A stretch of 57,047 nt of DNA from Gammaproteobacteria bacterium (GCA_003233345.1 QILK01000102.1:1-57047); one strand, 5' to 3'. Positions 45,457 through 55,094 are shown, numbered from the stretch's first letter. A program made the numbers and translations. Notes: generated by a model from the letters alone, not told the origin.

Positions 45457-45756
45457 ATGATACGCTTACTTGTCGCATTGCTAATTGTTGTTTTTGCCGT
45501 ACTGCAATATCAGTTCTGGGCGGGGCGTGGTGGCCTGATTGATTTTGCCAGTCTACAAACTCAGCTGGATAGTCAGTCGGTGTTAAACAAAAAGTTGAAA
45601 GAACGTAATCGGGTACTGAAAGCAGAGGTGTTTGATTTAAAGCGTGGGTACGAGGCGATAGAAGAGCGTGGTCGAGCCGATTTTGGATTGATTATGAAAG
45701 GCGAAACCTTTTATCAAATCGTTGAATCACAAAACAAAAATGCAAAACAAAAATAA
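45457..45756 (+). CDS. ftsB: Cell division protein FtsB
   Basis: TM, LQYQFWAGRGG, RNRVLKAEVFDLK, AIEERGRADFGLIMKGETFYQ; sits between eno and ispD. Confidence 0.92.
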   Translation: MIRLLVALLIVVFAVLQYQFWAGRGGLIDFASLQTQLDSQSVLNKKLKERNRVLKAEVFDLKRGYEAIEERGRADFGLIMKGETFYQIVESQNKNAKQK

Positions 45757-45789
45757 AGGAAAGCGGGGGCGCTAACCTGTTTATATTGA

Positions 45790-45823
45790 GGGAGACACTA
45801 AGTTACTAATTTATCTGTCTCCC
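45790..45823. repeat. Short family B-related hairpin
   Basis: GGGAGACACTAAGTTACTAATTTATCTGTCTCCC; further fragments CAGTGTCC at 45838 and TTAGTGTCTCCC at 45319. Confidence 0.55.
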
Positions 45824-45864
45824 GCCTGTGACCCCACCAGTGTCCACCAAGAGCAAATGCAAGT

Positions 45865-46566
45865 ATGTCCGATACTCCACCCAATAAAGTCTGGGCCATC
45901 ATACCCGCCGCCGGCAAAGGCCATCTACCCAAGCAGTATGCCACGCTAGCCGGGGTTTCCGTTATAGAACATTCGCTCAGGCGATTCGATCAGCATGCCG
46001 CAATCGATGCCATCATTGTTGTCACCAGCAAAGATGATCGTCACTGGCAAACGCTTTCACTTGAATATTCAAAACCGGTGTATACCGTTGTTGGTGGATC
46101 AGAACGTTGCCATTCAGTCTATAATGCCTTGCAGTTTCTTGACGACTACGCAAAACCAGAGGATTGGGTGCTGGTGCATGATGCGGCCCGGCCTTGCTTA
46201 ACCGCAGATGATTTGCAAAAATTGTTCTTGCAGCTAAAAAACGATCCTGTCGGCGGTATTCTTGCCGCACCGGTGACCGATACGATTAAACGGGTTGACC
46301 ATACAGGTTGTTACCTGGGGACGGAAGATCGGGCTTGCTTGTGGCGAGCGTTAACGCCGCAAGTTTTTAGATACCGGGTCTTGTTAGCAGCGCTAACCCA
46401 TATTATTAAAAATGGTGACCTGGTGACCGATGACGCGGAAGCGGTAGAAAAATCAGGTTATGTCCCAAAAATAGTCGCTGGCCGTAGTGATAACATCAAA
46501 GTGACTACCGCAGAAGACTTGTTATTGGCCGAACAGTTTCTTAAAAACAGTGTTTCACTGGAGTAA
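45865..46566 (+). CDS. ispD: 2-C-methyl-D-erythritol 4-phosphate cytidylyltransferase with an in-frame deletion in the nucleotide-binding loop
   Basis: IPAAG...[26 protein letters not shown]-type TPQVF, TDDA, NIKVT. Confidence 0.95.
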   Translation: MSDTPPNKVWAIIPAAGKGHLPKQYATLAGVSVIEHSLRRFDQHAAIDAIIVVTSKDDRHWQTLSLEYSKPVYTVVGGSERCHSVYNALQFLDDYAKPEDWVLVHDAARPCLTADDLQKLFLQLKNDPVGGILAAPVTDTIKRVDHTGCYLGTEDRACLWRALTPQVFRYRVLLAALTHIIKNGDLVTDDAEAVEKSGYVPKIVAGRSDNIKVTTAEDLLLAEQFLKNSVSLE

Positions 46567-46568
46567 TC

Positions 46569-47063
46569 ATGCGCATAGGTCATGGTTTCGATGTACATGC
46601 GTTTCAAGAAGGAAACGGATTTATTTTAGGCGGTGTGCGTATTCCTTTTGAATACAGCCTGGCGGCACATTCCGATGGCGATGTGTTGATTCATGCCTTA
46701 TGCGATGCTTTGTTAGGGGCAGCCGGTGAGGGCGATATTGGCCAACATTTTCCGGATACCGATGATCAATACGAAAATATTAATAGTCGTATTCTGCTAA
46801 GACGGGTATGGGTGCTATTGCAGAACCTTGATCTTGGAATAGAAAATATCGATATCACTATTATCGCACAAGCACCAAAGTTCGCCGACTTTATGCCGGA
46901 GATGCAGGAAAATTTATGCCGTGATTTAGACATAGAAAAAGGCCAGCTAAACATCAAAGCAACTACCACAGAGCACCTTGGGTTTATCGGTCGAGAAGAA
47001 GGTATCGCCGTACAGGCGGTATGTTTATTGCAGTTTATTAGGGAGGACAATATTAAGGAGTAG
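46569..47063 (+). CDS. ispF: MECDP synthase
   Basis: [33 protein letters not shown]. Confidence 0.98.
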   Translation: MRIGHGFDVHAFQEGNGFILGGVRIPFEYSLAAHSDGDVLIHALCDALLGAAGEGDIGQHFPDTDDQYENINSRILLRRVWVLLQNLDLGIENIDITIIAQAPKFADFMPEMQENLCRDLDIEKGQLNIKATTTEHLGFIGREEGIAVQAVCLLQFIREDNIKE

Positions 47064-47064
47064 A

Positions 47065-47103
47065 GGAGAACATTGATAAGCGATTAACTTATCAGTGGTT
47101 CCT
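47065..47103. repeat. Short family B-related hairpin (ispF-mcp)
   Basis: GGAGAACATTGATAAGCGATTAACTTATCAGTGGTTCCT. Confidence 0.65.
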
Positions 47104-47116
47104 GAAGGAGAACTGT

Positions 47117-48295
47117 ATGGCATTACGATATATACCTGTCGGCGTAAAACTGGTTTCAATATCAATAGTAGCTTGTACCGTCATATTAGCGTTTGGTCTA
47201 TACGCTATGTTTAGCGGTGATGTAAAAAATGGCGTGGATTATCTTATAGCCGCTTGTGTCGCTAGTGCTGTTTTGCTCGCGTATACCGGGTATATATATC
47301 AAGTCATTGTCGGACCAATTAAAAATTTAAAATTTGTCGTTGATGAAATTTGTAAGTCCTCCGATTTTGGTAAACGAATAACGGTTCGTAGCAACGATGA
47401 AATCGGTCAGACCTGTTTTACACTTAATAAATTGCTTGGTGAGTTGGGCAATATGGTAGAACAATTTTCGTCAGTGACCACCAATATTTCCGAGTCAATT
47501 ACCAGTTTTTCCGGCAATAATGACAAGGCAATAAATGATATGCAGAAGCATCTCACTGAAACCGAGCAGGTTGCGACGGCGATGACAGAAATGACCTCGA
47601 CAGTTCAGGAGGTGGCAAAAAATGCAGCAGAAGCATCCACCGCCGCAAAAGAAGCCGACAAGCAGGCCGAACATGGAAATAAAGTGGTGGCCGAAGTGAT
47701 TGATGCCATAAAAATACTGGCAGGTGAAGTGCAAAAAACGGCGAATGATATTAATACGGTGGCCAGCGAAACCGATAATATTGGCTCCGTGCTAGATGTT
47801 ATTCGCGGTATCGCCGAACAGACTAATTTACTGGCACTCAATGCCGCGATCGAAGCGGCTCGAGCAGGCGAGCAAGGCCGCGGGTTTGCCGTGGTTGCCG
47901 ACGAAGTACGGACACTTGCGAGCCGCACGCAGCAATCGACACAAGAAATTCAGGATATGATAGAGCGTTTGCAGTCAGGTGTAAAAAATGCGGTGGTGGC
48001 GATGGACCGTGGTCGTACGCAGGCGACAGACAGTGTGCAAAAAGCTGAGATTGCCGGTGAGTCATTGATCAAGATCAATAATGCCGTGGCAACGATTAAT
48101 GATATGAACCTGCAAATTGCCAGTGCTTCTGAAGAGCAAAGTGCCGTTGCTGAAGAAATTAGTAAAAGTGTCTCTTCGATTCAGGAAATTTCCGAAATTA
48201 ATGCAGAAGGCTCCAGTCGAGTGACTGAAACCAGTCTTGAGCTTCGCGGTCTTTCCGGTGGATTGCAGGATCTGATCGGGAAATATAAACATTAA
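47117..48295 (+). CDS. Methyl-accepting chemotaxis protein with no periplasmic sensor domain
   Basis: TM1, a loop of about 8 aa, TM2, HAMP (NDEIGQ), and the signalling hairpin [34 protein letters not shown]. Confidence 0.93.
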   Translation: MALRYIPVGVKLVSISIVACTVILAFGLYAMFSGDVKNGVDYLIAACVASAVLLAYTGYIYQVIVGPIKNLKFVVDEICKSSDFGKRITVRSNDEIGQTCFTLNKLLGELGNMVEQFSSVTTNISESITSFSGNNDKAINDMQKHLTETEQVATAMTEMTSTVQEVAKNAAEASTAAKEADKQAEHGNKVVAEVIDAIKILAGEVQKTANDINTVASETDNIGSVLDVIRGIAEQTNLLALNAAIEAARAGEQGRGFAVVADEVRTLASRTQQSTQEIQDMIERLQSGVKNAVVAMDRGRTQATDSVQKAEIAGESLIKINNAVATINDMNLQIASASEEQSAVAEEISKSVSSIQEISEINAEGSSRVTETSLELRGLSGGLQDLIGKYKH

Positions 48296-48299
48296 GAGT

Positions 48300-48447
48300 A
48301 ACACTGATAAGTTTTAATTACATAAACCTTCAGGTTATTAACGTATCAGATGAAGCCTTTTATTGCACTAGGTGTCAACACTATTAACATAAATACAATC
48401 AACATTCAGGTGAATTTCCACTAATTTGCTAACTGATCAGTGTCCCC
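48300..48447. repeat. Degenerate family B copy plus right half-arm at the island junction
   Basis: ACACTGATAAGTTTTAATTAC...GTTATTAACGTATCAG (48300-48350) and CTAACTGATCAGTGTCCCC (48429-48447). Confidence 0.7.
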
Positions 48448-48457
48448 AAAGATCTAT

Positions 48458-49447
48458 TTAAATAAGGTTATGCTTACGATCATACTTTATTAAAGTATTT
48501 TTGACATTTATTAGTAGCTGTGATATTTCTTGCTCATTGGGAAACCTGTCACCAAAAACCATGTCTTTAAAAGAATCACTGTGTATCGCTTTTATTAAAA
48601 TTGGAACGATATTGTCAAGCTTACGAAATAAAGGCGCATGACTTAAAGGCTTTTCAAGCCAGTTTTTATCCATCTTTCCAGGAATATTTTTCTCTGATCC
48701 AACTACTGCATGGATTAATTCAATAATATCTTGTGAATCCAAATAATTTTTATAAATATCAAAACGCAGTATAAGCGCAATATCATATATGTGCCTAATT
48801 TTATTAGTCAGCACTAGCTCATAAGAAGCGTTGTAACTATGTTTAATCAAACCCATTAATTTTTCAACAAGTGTTCTTTCCACATCTAATACAGAGACCA
48901 AAAACGGATGCAAACTATATTCTTCAATGAGTTTTTCTTGGTTTTTATCAAGTAAATATTCGCCAATGTATGAATTAATAGTTTGTTTTGAATAAGGCGT
49001 TGGTAGCGTAAAAGAATTGACCTCTATTAATATTGTATCCTTAATATCACCATAGTTATTACTGCTTGTTACTTTGGGATAGTCATAAACTGTTTTACGA
49101 AAAACTGATCCTTTTGACTCTAGTTTATGATTTTTATGATAGGTTAAACCTAATGTAACAGTTTTTTCCGTTTTTTTTAAAAGTTTTTTGATCTGATTAC
49201 CGGATTGTTCAATATTTAACACTGCCAAATCGACGTCCTCAGAAAAGCGATTTATTATTTTATGCGCTTTAGACAGAGAGGTTCCGCCCTTAAATACAAT
49301 TTCGTTAGAGATGTCAGATTCGGACAATTGTTTTAATGCCCTGGTAACCCAATAGTCTTTTTCGATATAGACGGCAGGAAGATTTAAATCACTAGCCGTT
49401 TCCCTCAGCAAGGGTTTAAATACATCTATATACTCGTGTAAAATCAT
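48458..49447 (-). CDS. AbiEii-family nucleotidyltransferase toxin (type IV TA)
   Basis: IEKDYWV, VFKGGTSLSK, RFSEDVDL, ERTLVEK, RHIYD. Start 49447 (ATGA overlap with the antitoxin stop) or 49459. Confidence 0.92.
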   Translation of the reverse strand: MILHEYIDVFKPLLRETASDLNLPAVYIEKDYWVTRALKQLSESDISNEIVFKGGTSLSKAHKIINRFSEDVDLAVLNIEQSGNQIKKLLKKTEKTVTLGLTYHKNHKLESKGSVFRKTVYDYPKVTSSNNYGDIKDTILIEVNSFTLPTPYSKQTINSYIGEYLLDKNQEKLIEEYSLHPFLVSVLDVERTLVEKLMGLIKHSYNASYELVLTNKIRHIYDIALILRFDIYKNYLDSQDIIELIHAVVGSEKNIPGKMDKNWLEKPLSHAPLFRKLDNIVPILIKAIHSDSFKDMVFGDRFPNEQEISQLLINVKNTLIKYDRKHNLI

Positions 49448-50172
49448 ACTATATTCCATTTATATTTTTCGCGCCAATCAGCATCACCGATTGCAAGTTT
49501 AAAGGTAGTCAATGGGTTTAATGATTTTTTTAATAGTGACAATATATCTATCTCAATCTTCGACAAGATTAGTCCCAAGACTGCTATTGTTGCTGGATTA
49601 TAGTAGGATGCCGCAATTTTTTGTATTTTAGAGATATCGGATTTACCTAACATATCTATTTCTAACACGATTTGGCTAAGCACCTGCTCACCTGTAGTAT
49701 CGGGGATTTTTTGAAAGTTACGAAGTACATCAAGGTATTGCAGCAATATTACATTTGCTTTATTAATAGGTGCGCGAGATCTTACAAATCTTATCTGAAA
49801 ATCACCAAAATCAAGTTTTGGACGTATGCGTTCCATTGCAATGGTAGTTACCATAGGTACTTGTGTTGTTAATCCTAATTCATTATATAGGCGTGCACCA
49901 GTAATATAGCCAATCTGTTTTGTACCGCGATATATAATCGATTGTAATATCTCATCACTCGATGGATTTAATGTCGGCTGTGTTATGCCCTTTTCTGGTA
50001 TATAGTACTGGCCTTTTGAAAATCGCTTTAGTTTGTTTTCTTTAACCAAACGACTGAGCGTGCGCGAAACCGCCTTTGGTGAGGCTTTCGCAGACACCAG
50101 ATCAAGATACCCAAACAATTTGCCAGGTGCGAGCTGTGCTATTTCGGCTATGACTTTTTTGGCGATACTCAT
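49444..50172 (-). CDS. AbiEi-family (DUF6088-like) wHTH antitoxin
   Basis: N-terminal wHTH (AVSRTLSRLVKE...RFSKGQYYIP), GYITGARLYNELGLTTQVP. ATG at 50172 has a GAGG RBS. Confidence 0.85.
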   Translation of the reverse strand: MSIAKKVIAEIAQLAPGKLFGYLDLVSAKASPKAVSRTLSRLVKENKLKRFSKGQYYIPEKGITQPTLNPSSDEILQSIIYRGTKQIGYITGARLYNELGLTTQVPMVTTIAMERIRPKLDFGDFQIRFVRSRAPINKANVILLQYLDVLRNFQKIPDTTGEQVLSQIVLEIDMLGKSDISKIQKIAASYYNPATIAVLGLILSKIEIDILSLLKKSLNPLTTFKLAIGDADWREKYKWNIV

Positions 50173-50211
50173 TGTGTTACCTCTTTTATATAGGCCAAAG
50201 TATAATACATA

Positions 50212-50240
50212 TATTAAAATACAACCAGTATATTTTAATA
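50212..50240. promoter_or_regulatory. Inverted repeat upstream of abiEi, candidate autoregulatory operator
   Basis: TATTAAAATA-N9-TATTTTAATA located 40-68 bp upstream of the antitoxin start. The region is AT-rich, so a chance match is possible. Confidence 0.45.
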
Positions 50241-50559
50241 AAAACAAGACATAAAATGCTTAACATAATGTATTATATACATTAAATTAAATACGTACAA
50301 TATATGTTTAATTAGTATGCCGATGGTAGAAACGCGGGTTTCAGGTGGTCTCTGTCGGAGAGTGATAAAGTATCATACTGAGAATGGCGATTATTAGGCC
50401 TAATTACCTCTATGTTTTTACGTTGGGATAGGCTGCGGAACTGCTGTCATCCTAAAGCTGACTTTTAAGCTATAATTTTGAGGATCTGGTTCATCGACTC
50501 AAAGCGGACATTTAGATTTTTCTAACTTATGTTAGCTATAAATTAAAGGAGTAAATATT

Positions 50560-51549
50560 ATGGGGTGGAAAGGAGCGGTTCGCTCAATTGGGGCAGCGGT
50601 TCGCGCTACGGAAAGAGATGCAAAGCGACGCCAACGCGAACTTGACAAACAACAAAAGCAATATGAAAAAATGCAAGCATTGGAACAAGCTGCATACGCA
50701 GTAGAAGTATACGAGAATGATATTGAAGTAATTCAATCCATTCATAAAGAATGCAGTAATCCAATCGACTGGGAAATAGTTGCTAAGTCACAAGAGCCCA
50801 AAAAGCCAAGCAACTTAAAGAACAATGAAAAAGTAGCAAGATCAAAAATGGATAATTACAAGCCTGGCTTTATTGATAAAATTTTTAAGAGAGAAGAAAA
50901 GAAGAGAATCTCACATAGTGAAAATACTGTAAGCGCAATTGAAGAGGATAAAGCCGAGTATAAAAAAAATATACGTAGCTGGGAAAAAAATATTAGTGAC
51001 TGGAAAGAAAGTGTTTTGCTTGCTCAACTTCTTCTTAATGGCGATGAAGATGCTAAAATAAGAGCAATTGAAGAACTGGATCCGTTCTCTGAAATTTCAA
51101 ACTTGGGCTCTAATTTAACAATATCTGTTAACGAAAGTAGTTTAATTGAAGCAACAATTCATATTCATGGAAATGATATTGTTCCAAGCGAAGTTAAAAG
51201 CCTGCTGAAAAGTGGCAAGCTATCTGTAAAAAATATGCCAAATGGAAAGTTTAACGAAATTTATCAAGACTATGTATGTAGTTGTGTATTAAGAGTCGCA
51301 AATGAACTGTTTTCTGCAATTCCAGATAATATGGTTATTGTAACTGCTGTCGATGAATTATTAAGTACTAAAACTGGCCACTTAGAAAAATCCCCAATAT
51401 TATCTGTTTGTGTGTCACGTAGTACATTAGAATCATTTAATATGAACAATATTGACCCATCTGATTCAATGAGTAATTTTATTCATAATATGTCGTTTAA
51501 AAAAACAAAAGGTTTTGAACCCGTGGAATTAGCAAGGCCACCATCATAG
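50560..51549 (+). CDS. Hypothetical coiled-coil protein resembling the non-catalytic part of DUF4236/Mrr-associated proteins
   Basis: AAGGAG RBS; charged N-terminal coiled coil; C-terminal YQDYVCSCVLRVANELF...TGH...ILSV...IDPSD. Confidence 0.6.
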   Translation: MGWKGAVRSIGAAVRATERDAKRRQRELDKQQKQYEKMQALEQAAYAVEVYENDIEVIQSIHKECSNPIDWEIVAKSQEPKKPSNLKNNEKVARSKMDNYKPGFIDKIFKREEKKRISHSENTVSAIEEDKAEYKKNIRSWEKNISDWKESVLLAQLLLNGDEDAKIRAIEELDPFSEISNLGSNLTISVNESSLIEATIHIHGNDIVPSEVKSLLKSGKLSVKNMPNGKFNEIYQDYVCSCVLRVANELFSAIPDNMVIVTAVDELLSTKTGHLEKSPILSVCVSRSTLESFNMNNIDPSDSMSNFIHNMSFKKTKGFEPVELARPPS

Positions 51550-51848
51550 GCTTGATAATGATCTAAATAAAAACAGCTTACTATAAAATTAACGTGGATA
51601 AATACAGTGTTGCTTCACTGCTTTATTTTACCGATTATTAAAAATGCCAAATGTCTGTATATAAACACTGCTGTTACTCCACGTTTACGTGCATGATAGT
51701 CTTAGACACACACAAAAAACATTCAAATTTATGACCCATTTTTGTCTAGAGCATTCACTTTGGACCGTGGAATGATGTTTAGTTTTGCATTTCGATTTCC
51801 AAGTCGATAAGCTTTATTGATGTTCAATTACAAATAGTGGCGCCATCG

Positions 51849-52122
51849 ATGACCCAATCGCGTAGCGAAGCGATCAACCTCGATTTCACTCCTTACTATC
51901 ATTGTATTAGTCGATGTGTACGCAGGCGTTTTTATGTGGCCAGGATCACTGCACTGGTCAGTCCTTTGCGCACCGAAGACAATGGATTGTGGATTTGATC
52001 AAGGAGTTGTCAGATTTCGTATTATTTTTCATGTGGACCGTGAAAGATGCTTAAAGCTGTCGGGTCATGAAGTAATCGAACGTTGGTTTCTTTTCCATAA
52101 AGGCGTCCATTTCCATCGATAG
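51849..52122 (+). pseudogene. REP-associated tyrosine (HUH/Y1, RAYT-type) transposase remnant
   Basis: Three frames join to MTQSRSEAINLDFTPYYHCISRCVRR / AFLCGQDHCTGQSFAHRRQWIVDLIKELSD / FHVDRERCLKLSGHEVIERW. The HUH segment (about AYAVMSNHxH) is deleted and the C-terminus is absent. Confidence 0.85.
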
Positions 52123-52195
52123 TATACGAAGGCTGTTTGTCAGATGTGTACTATTATTGGCTTGCATTGCTAATTATGAACATCAAGTAAGTCTT

Positions 52196-52684
52196 TTAGT
52201 CCCCTTTAAATATTTTTGGAAAATGTTTAAATAAAGCTTCAATAAAAGTAGCGTCCGCTGTTTCTTTAGTTATTTTGAAGTTTCCAATGCGACCATTGAA
52301 TGCTGTGGTGGCAGCGACAATTATCATTGATAGTGCAATTCCAGTAGCAAGAATTTCTCCTACCATTAGGTTTTTATCCTGATAATTATCCAAAGCTTCT
52401 GACAGTGAGGGTGCGAATGCAGAATCTTTAGAAAATCCCATTAGTAGCTCTTTGGCAAGTGGTGCTGATTCAGACTTCGATAAGTGTTTAGCGCGTTCAG
52501 TAGCCGACATTTTAAGAACACTTTCGAACGGCGCTCGGTCTTTGAATTCATCAGGGATACCAGCGAGCATTTGTTCCGGTGTGGTCTCCATACCTTCAAA
52601 TAACTGAGTGGAATAAAATTCAAGTATCCGAATTGACTTCGCATCGCTTAGGTTATTAATTCTATCAGGTAGATTGTCTAACAT
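52196..52684 (-). CDS. Hypothetical protein with a C-terminal hydrophobic helix, co-transcribed with the CHAT protease
   Basis: GGAGG RBS; ATG 22 nt after the CHAT stop; hydrophobic MVGEILATGIALSMIIVAATTAF near the C-terminus. Confidence 0.75.
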   Translation of the reverse strand: MLDNLPDRINNLSDAKSIRILEFYSTQLFEGMETTPEQMLAGIPDEFKDRAPFESVLKMSATERAKHLSKSESAPLAKELLMGFSKDSAFAPSLSEALDNYQDKNLMVGEILATGIALSMIIVAATTAFNGRIGNFKITKETADATFIEALFKHFPKIFKGD

Positions 52685-52706
52685 GACTACTTCCTCCATT
52701 TTATTT

Positions 52707-55094
52707 TCAGCGCCAATCACCAGCTAAGCTGAAGGGTGCCCAATTGTAAACTAATTTATTATCAAAAGCTTTGCTGTTATCCAGCTGACTCAAAATGACG
52801 TTTCGCCATGCTTGTGCTCGGCTTAGACCGTTCACAAGCCATTCCTCGTAAAAGCGAATACAGAAATCTGCAGAGCTTTCAACAGGAATATTCCAGTGAG
52901 TGGAGAGTACACTGCTAGCGCCTGCAATTAGCAAACTCCACTCAAGCCCCAGCGCGTCGCCACCTATGCCTTCTTCAGAAAGCCCCGACACACAGGCTTG
53001 CAGGGATACGTGCGAGTGATCCAGATTTAACTGGCTATCACGCTCGATAATACATTTCGGTGACAGCAGTCCACACTGTTGTGCGTCTTGCGGTAAATGT
53101 CCATCCTTGCTAATAACTAGCCCTGCTCCCCGAAATGGTTCGATAGCTTCTTCCGGTTTAGGGAAATAACCATGGGTCGCGAAATGGATTACTGCATGAG
53201 TGAGGTCCTGCGACAATAACGCTTTCAAATCTGCTTTCTCGTCATCGAGCCTATATCCTGGTATTGGCCCACTGTCGAGCCAATCTGGCGCTCGCCCCAA
53301 TTCACTAACCTTGTCGTGATCATTTTCAGCCTCACTCGCTAGCGGAACCTTCATAGAGACGTAATGCGTCGGGTGTGAGACAGGTTGCTGTGCGAAGTAG
53401 TGTAGCAGTGACGCTGAATGGGTTCGTGATAATGAAACTAGCTTAACGAGGGGGGCGCCATGAAAATCCACATAGTGTAATGGCACTAAATGTAGTAGTC
53501 CATCGGGTGAATAGCATACGTGATCGCCCTCTCGCAGTGCACCATCGCTTACTAGTTCCTCCAGCCAATTGACGAGTGGACTCAATTGTTGTGCTACATC
53601 GTTGGGCGAAGCAAAGAAGCCCCGAGTCTTCTTACCCCAATTAGAGGGGTCGATATCATTTCTGAGTTCTTCAATGAGTCTGCTACCAATGGGTAGACGG
53701 GCCGAGTATAATTCACCTTTTTTTGTTACGCAGACTCCGTAACTAACATCTTCATCCATCAGAAATGTAATATAGTGACTATTAAGCTTTGTCATAAGCT
53801 TAGGTAACCAGTTCGCGATTATCTTTGGCGCATTTAACAAACCTTCTCGATGTGCCTCAATTGCAAGTAAATCAGTCAGTGCCCGGCCTTTCGCTTCCTC
53901 GATCACGGACAATAGCTCAGCACTATCGCCGCGATCAATTAAACGAGGGCACAACTCAACATAAAGATGGGGATATTGTTTAGCGATACCAGCGCGTTTT
54001 AACGGGTCTTGAATTAATTCTCGACTCTTGCTTATTAAGGGCCTGATGGTTTGTAAGATATCGAGCGATGCGTCGTATCGTTCCATGCGTTTATAACATA
54101 TATGGAGCGGCCATAATGTATCGGCGGCTGTATTCTCTAGACCGGTATCAATAGCTTCCTGTCGCGTAGCCTCAAGTGATTCTCTTACTTGGTCGAGATT
54201 GGTAGGATCGTAACCGCGCTGGGGGTCAGCAAGCACAGCCGATGCTTTCTGAATAGCAACATTGAGACTAAATTGATTTCCCGAGCCACCTGCCATATTC
54301 TCCATGAATGCACCTAGTGTCTGATACATGTTGCTATCTTTTGCGATAGAATCACTCTTGGATAGGACTTCAGATTGTTCATCGACCTGCGCCCCTAACG
54401 TTTTAAATATATTGGTAAACTCGGGTGATAGCGAAGATAAACCCTGGAGTGCCGACTTAAGTGTTTGCTGTCGCTGATCTGCCGCCTGTTCTTCGACACT
54501 GCGTTCATCCTTGCGTTCTGTAGCTGAAACTAAGCGAGATTGTATGCGCTGCTCAAGAAAAGAGAACGAGGGATGATTTGCGTTGCCCGCAGCAGCCTCA
54601 GCATTTAATTTCTCATTCGCCTCCTCTAAACGACCTTGCGTTATTAACGCTTCAATTAGCGCAATCCGCAAGTCCACTAAGTGATGCTCTGCGCCTTCGT
54701 GCGCATTTAACCACGTGATGTTATTTTCCAGCACAGTGACTTGTTCTTTGTGATTATCCATCCGATCATAGGCACGGTGGGCATCCATAGCAAACTGCCC
54801 GACTCCGAATACAAACGTATTAGCCGTACCTGGACCATATTGTTTGTAACAGTGTTTACAAAAACTAATTCCTACAGTGGCTAGCATAGCAGCAGTCTTT
54901 GGGTTACCACCCACTGAATGATCCTGGGATACTGATCGAAGTGCGTACACGCGCGAATCCAATGCTGAGCCCTGAGCGAGCGAAGCCGACACAGATTGAG
55001 AACTAGAATGCGGCAAACTAGATATTAATGTTGCCAATTGCGTTGACTCTGCATCTAATGCGGCACTCAACCATTCGTCATTATTAATGTCCAT
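52707..55094 (-). CDS. TPR-like helical + CHAT (caspase-like) domain protease
   Basis: AAGGAGG RBS; IEEAKGRALTDLL, SPDGLLHLVP, IHFATHG (His641), SLQAC (Cys701), GASSVLSTHW, WAPFSLAG. Confidence 0.92.
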   Translation of the reverse strand: MDINNDEWLSAALDAESTQLATLISSLPHSSSQSVSASLAQGSALDSRVYALRSVSQDHSVGGNPKTAAMLATVGISFCKHCYKQYGPGTANTFVFGVGQFAMDAHRAYDRMDNHKEQVTVLENNITWLNAHEGAEHHLVDLRIALIEALITQGRLEEANEKLNAEAAAGNANHPSFSFLEQRIQSRLVSATERKDERSVEEQAADQRQQTLKSALQGLSSLSPEFTNIFKTLGAQVDEQSEVLSKSDSIAKDSNMYQTLGAFMENMAGGSGNQFSLNVAIQKASAVLADPQRGYDPTNLDQVRESLEATRQEAIDTGLENTAADTLWPLHICYKRMERYDASLDILQTIRPLISKSRELIQDPLKRAGIAKQYPHLYVELCPRLIDRGDSAELLSVIEEAKGRALTDLLAIEAHREGLLNAPKIIANWLPKLMTKLNSHYITFLMDEDVSYGVCVTKKGELYSARLPIGSRLIEELRNDIDPSNWGKKTRGFFASPNDVAQQLSPLVNWLEELVSDGALREGDHVCYSPDGLLHLVPLHYVDFHGAPLVKLVSLSRTHSASLLHYFAQQPVSHPTHYVSMKVPLASEAENDHDKVSELGRAPDWLDSGPIPGYRLDDEKADLKALLSQDLTHAVIHFATHGYFPKPEEAIEPFRGAGLVISKDGHLPQDAQQCGLLSPKCIIERDSQLNLDHSHVSLQACVSGLSEEGIGGDALGLEWSLLIAGASSVLSTHWNIPVESSADFCIRFYEEWLVNGLSRAQAWRNVILSQLDNSKAFDNKLVYNWAPFSLAGDWR

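Noticed and set aside
50300-51700. Complete integron
   Set aside because: No intI. Only one GTTRRRY-like boundary is visible, and I could not fold a convincing attC downstream of the 50560-51549 gene.
51916-52122. 68-aa ORF as an independent gene
   Set aside because: Its C-terminal half is one frame of the RAYT pseudogene; the rest is out-of-frame sequence.
52196-52684. Bacterial gasdermin as the CHAT partner
   Set aside because: At 162 aa it is too short, mostly helical, and lacks the N-terminal Cys and beta-rich pattern of bacterial gasdermins.
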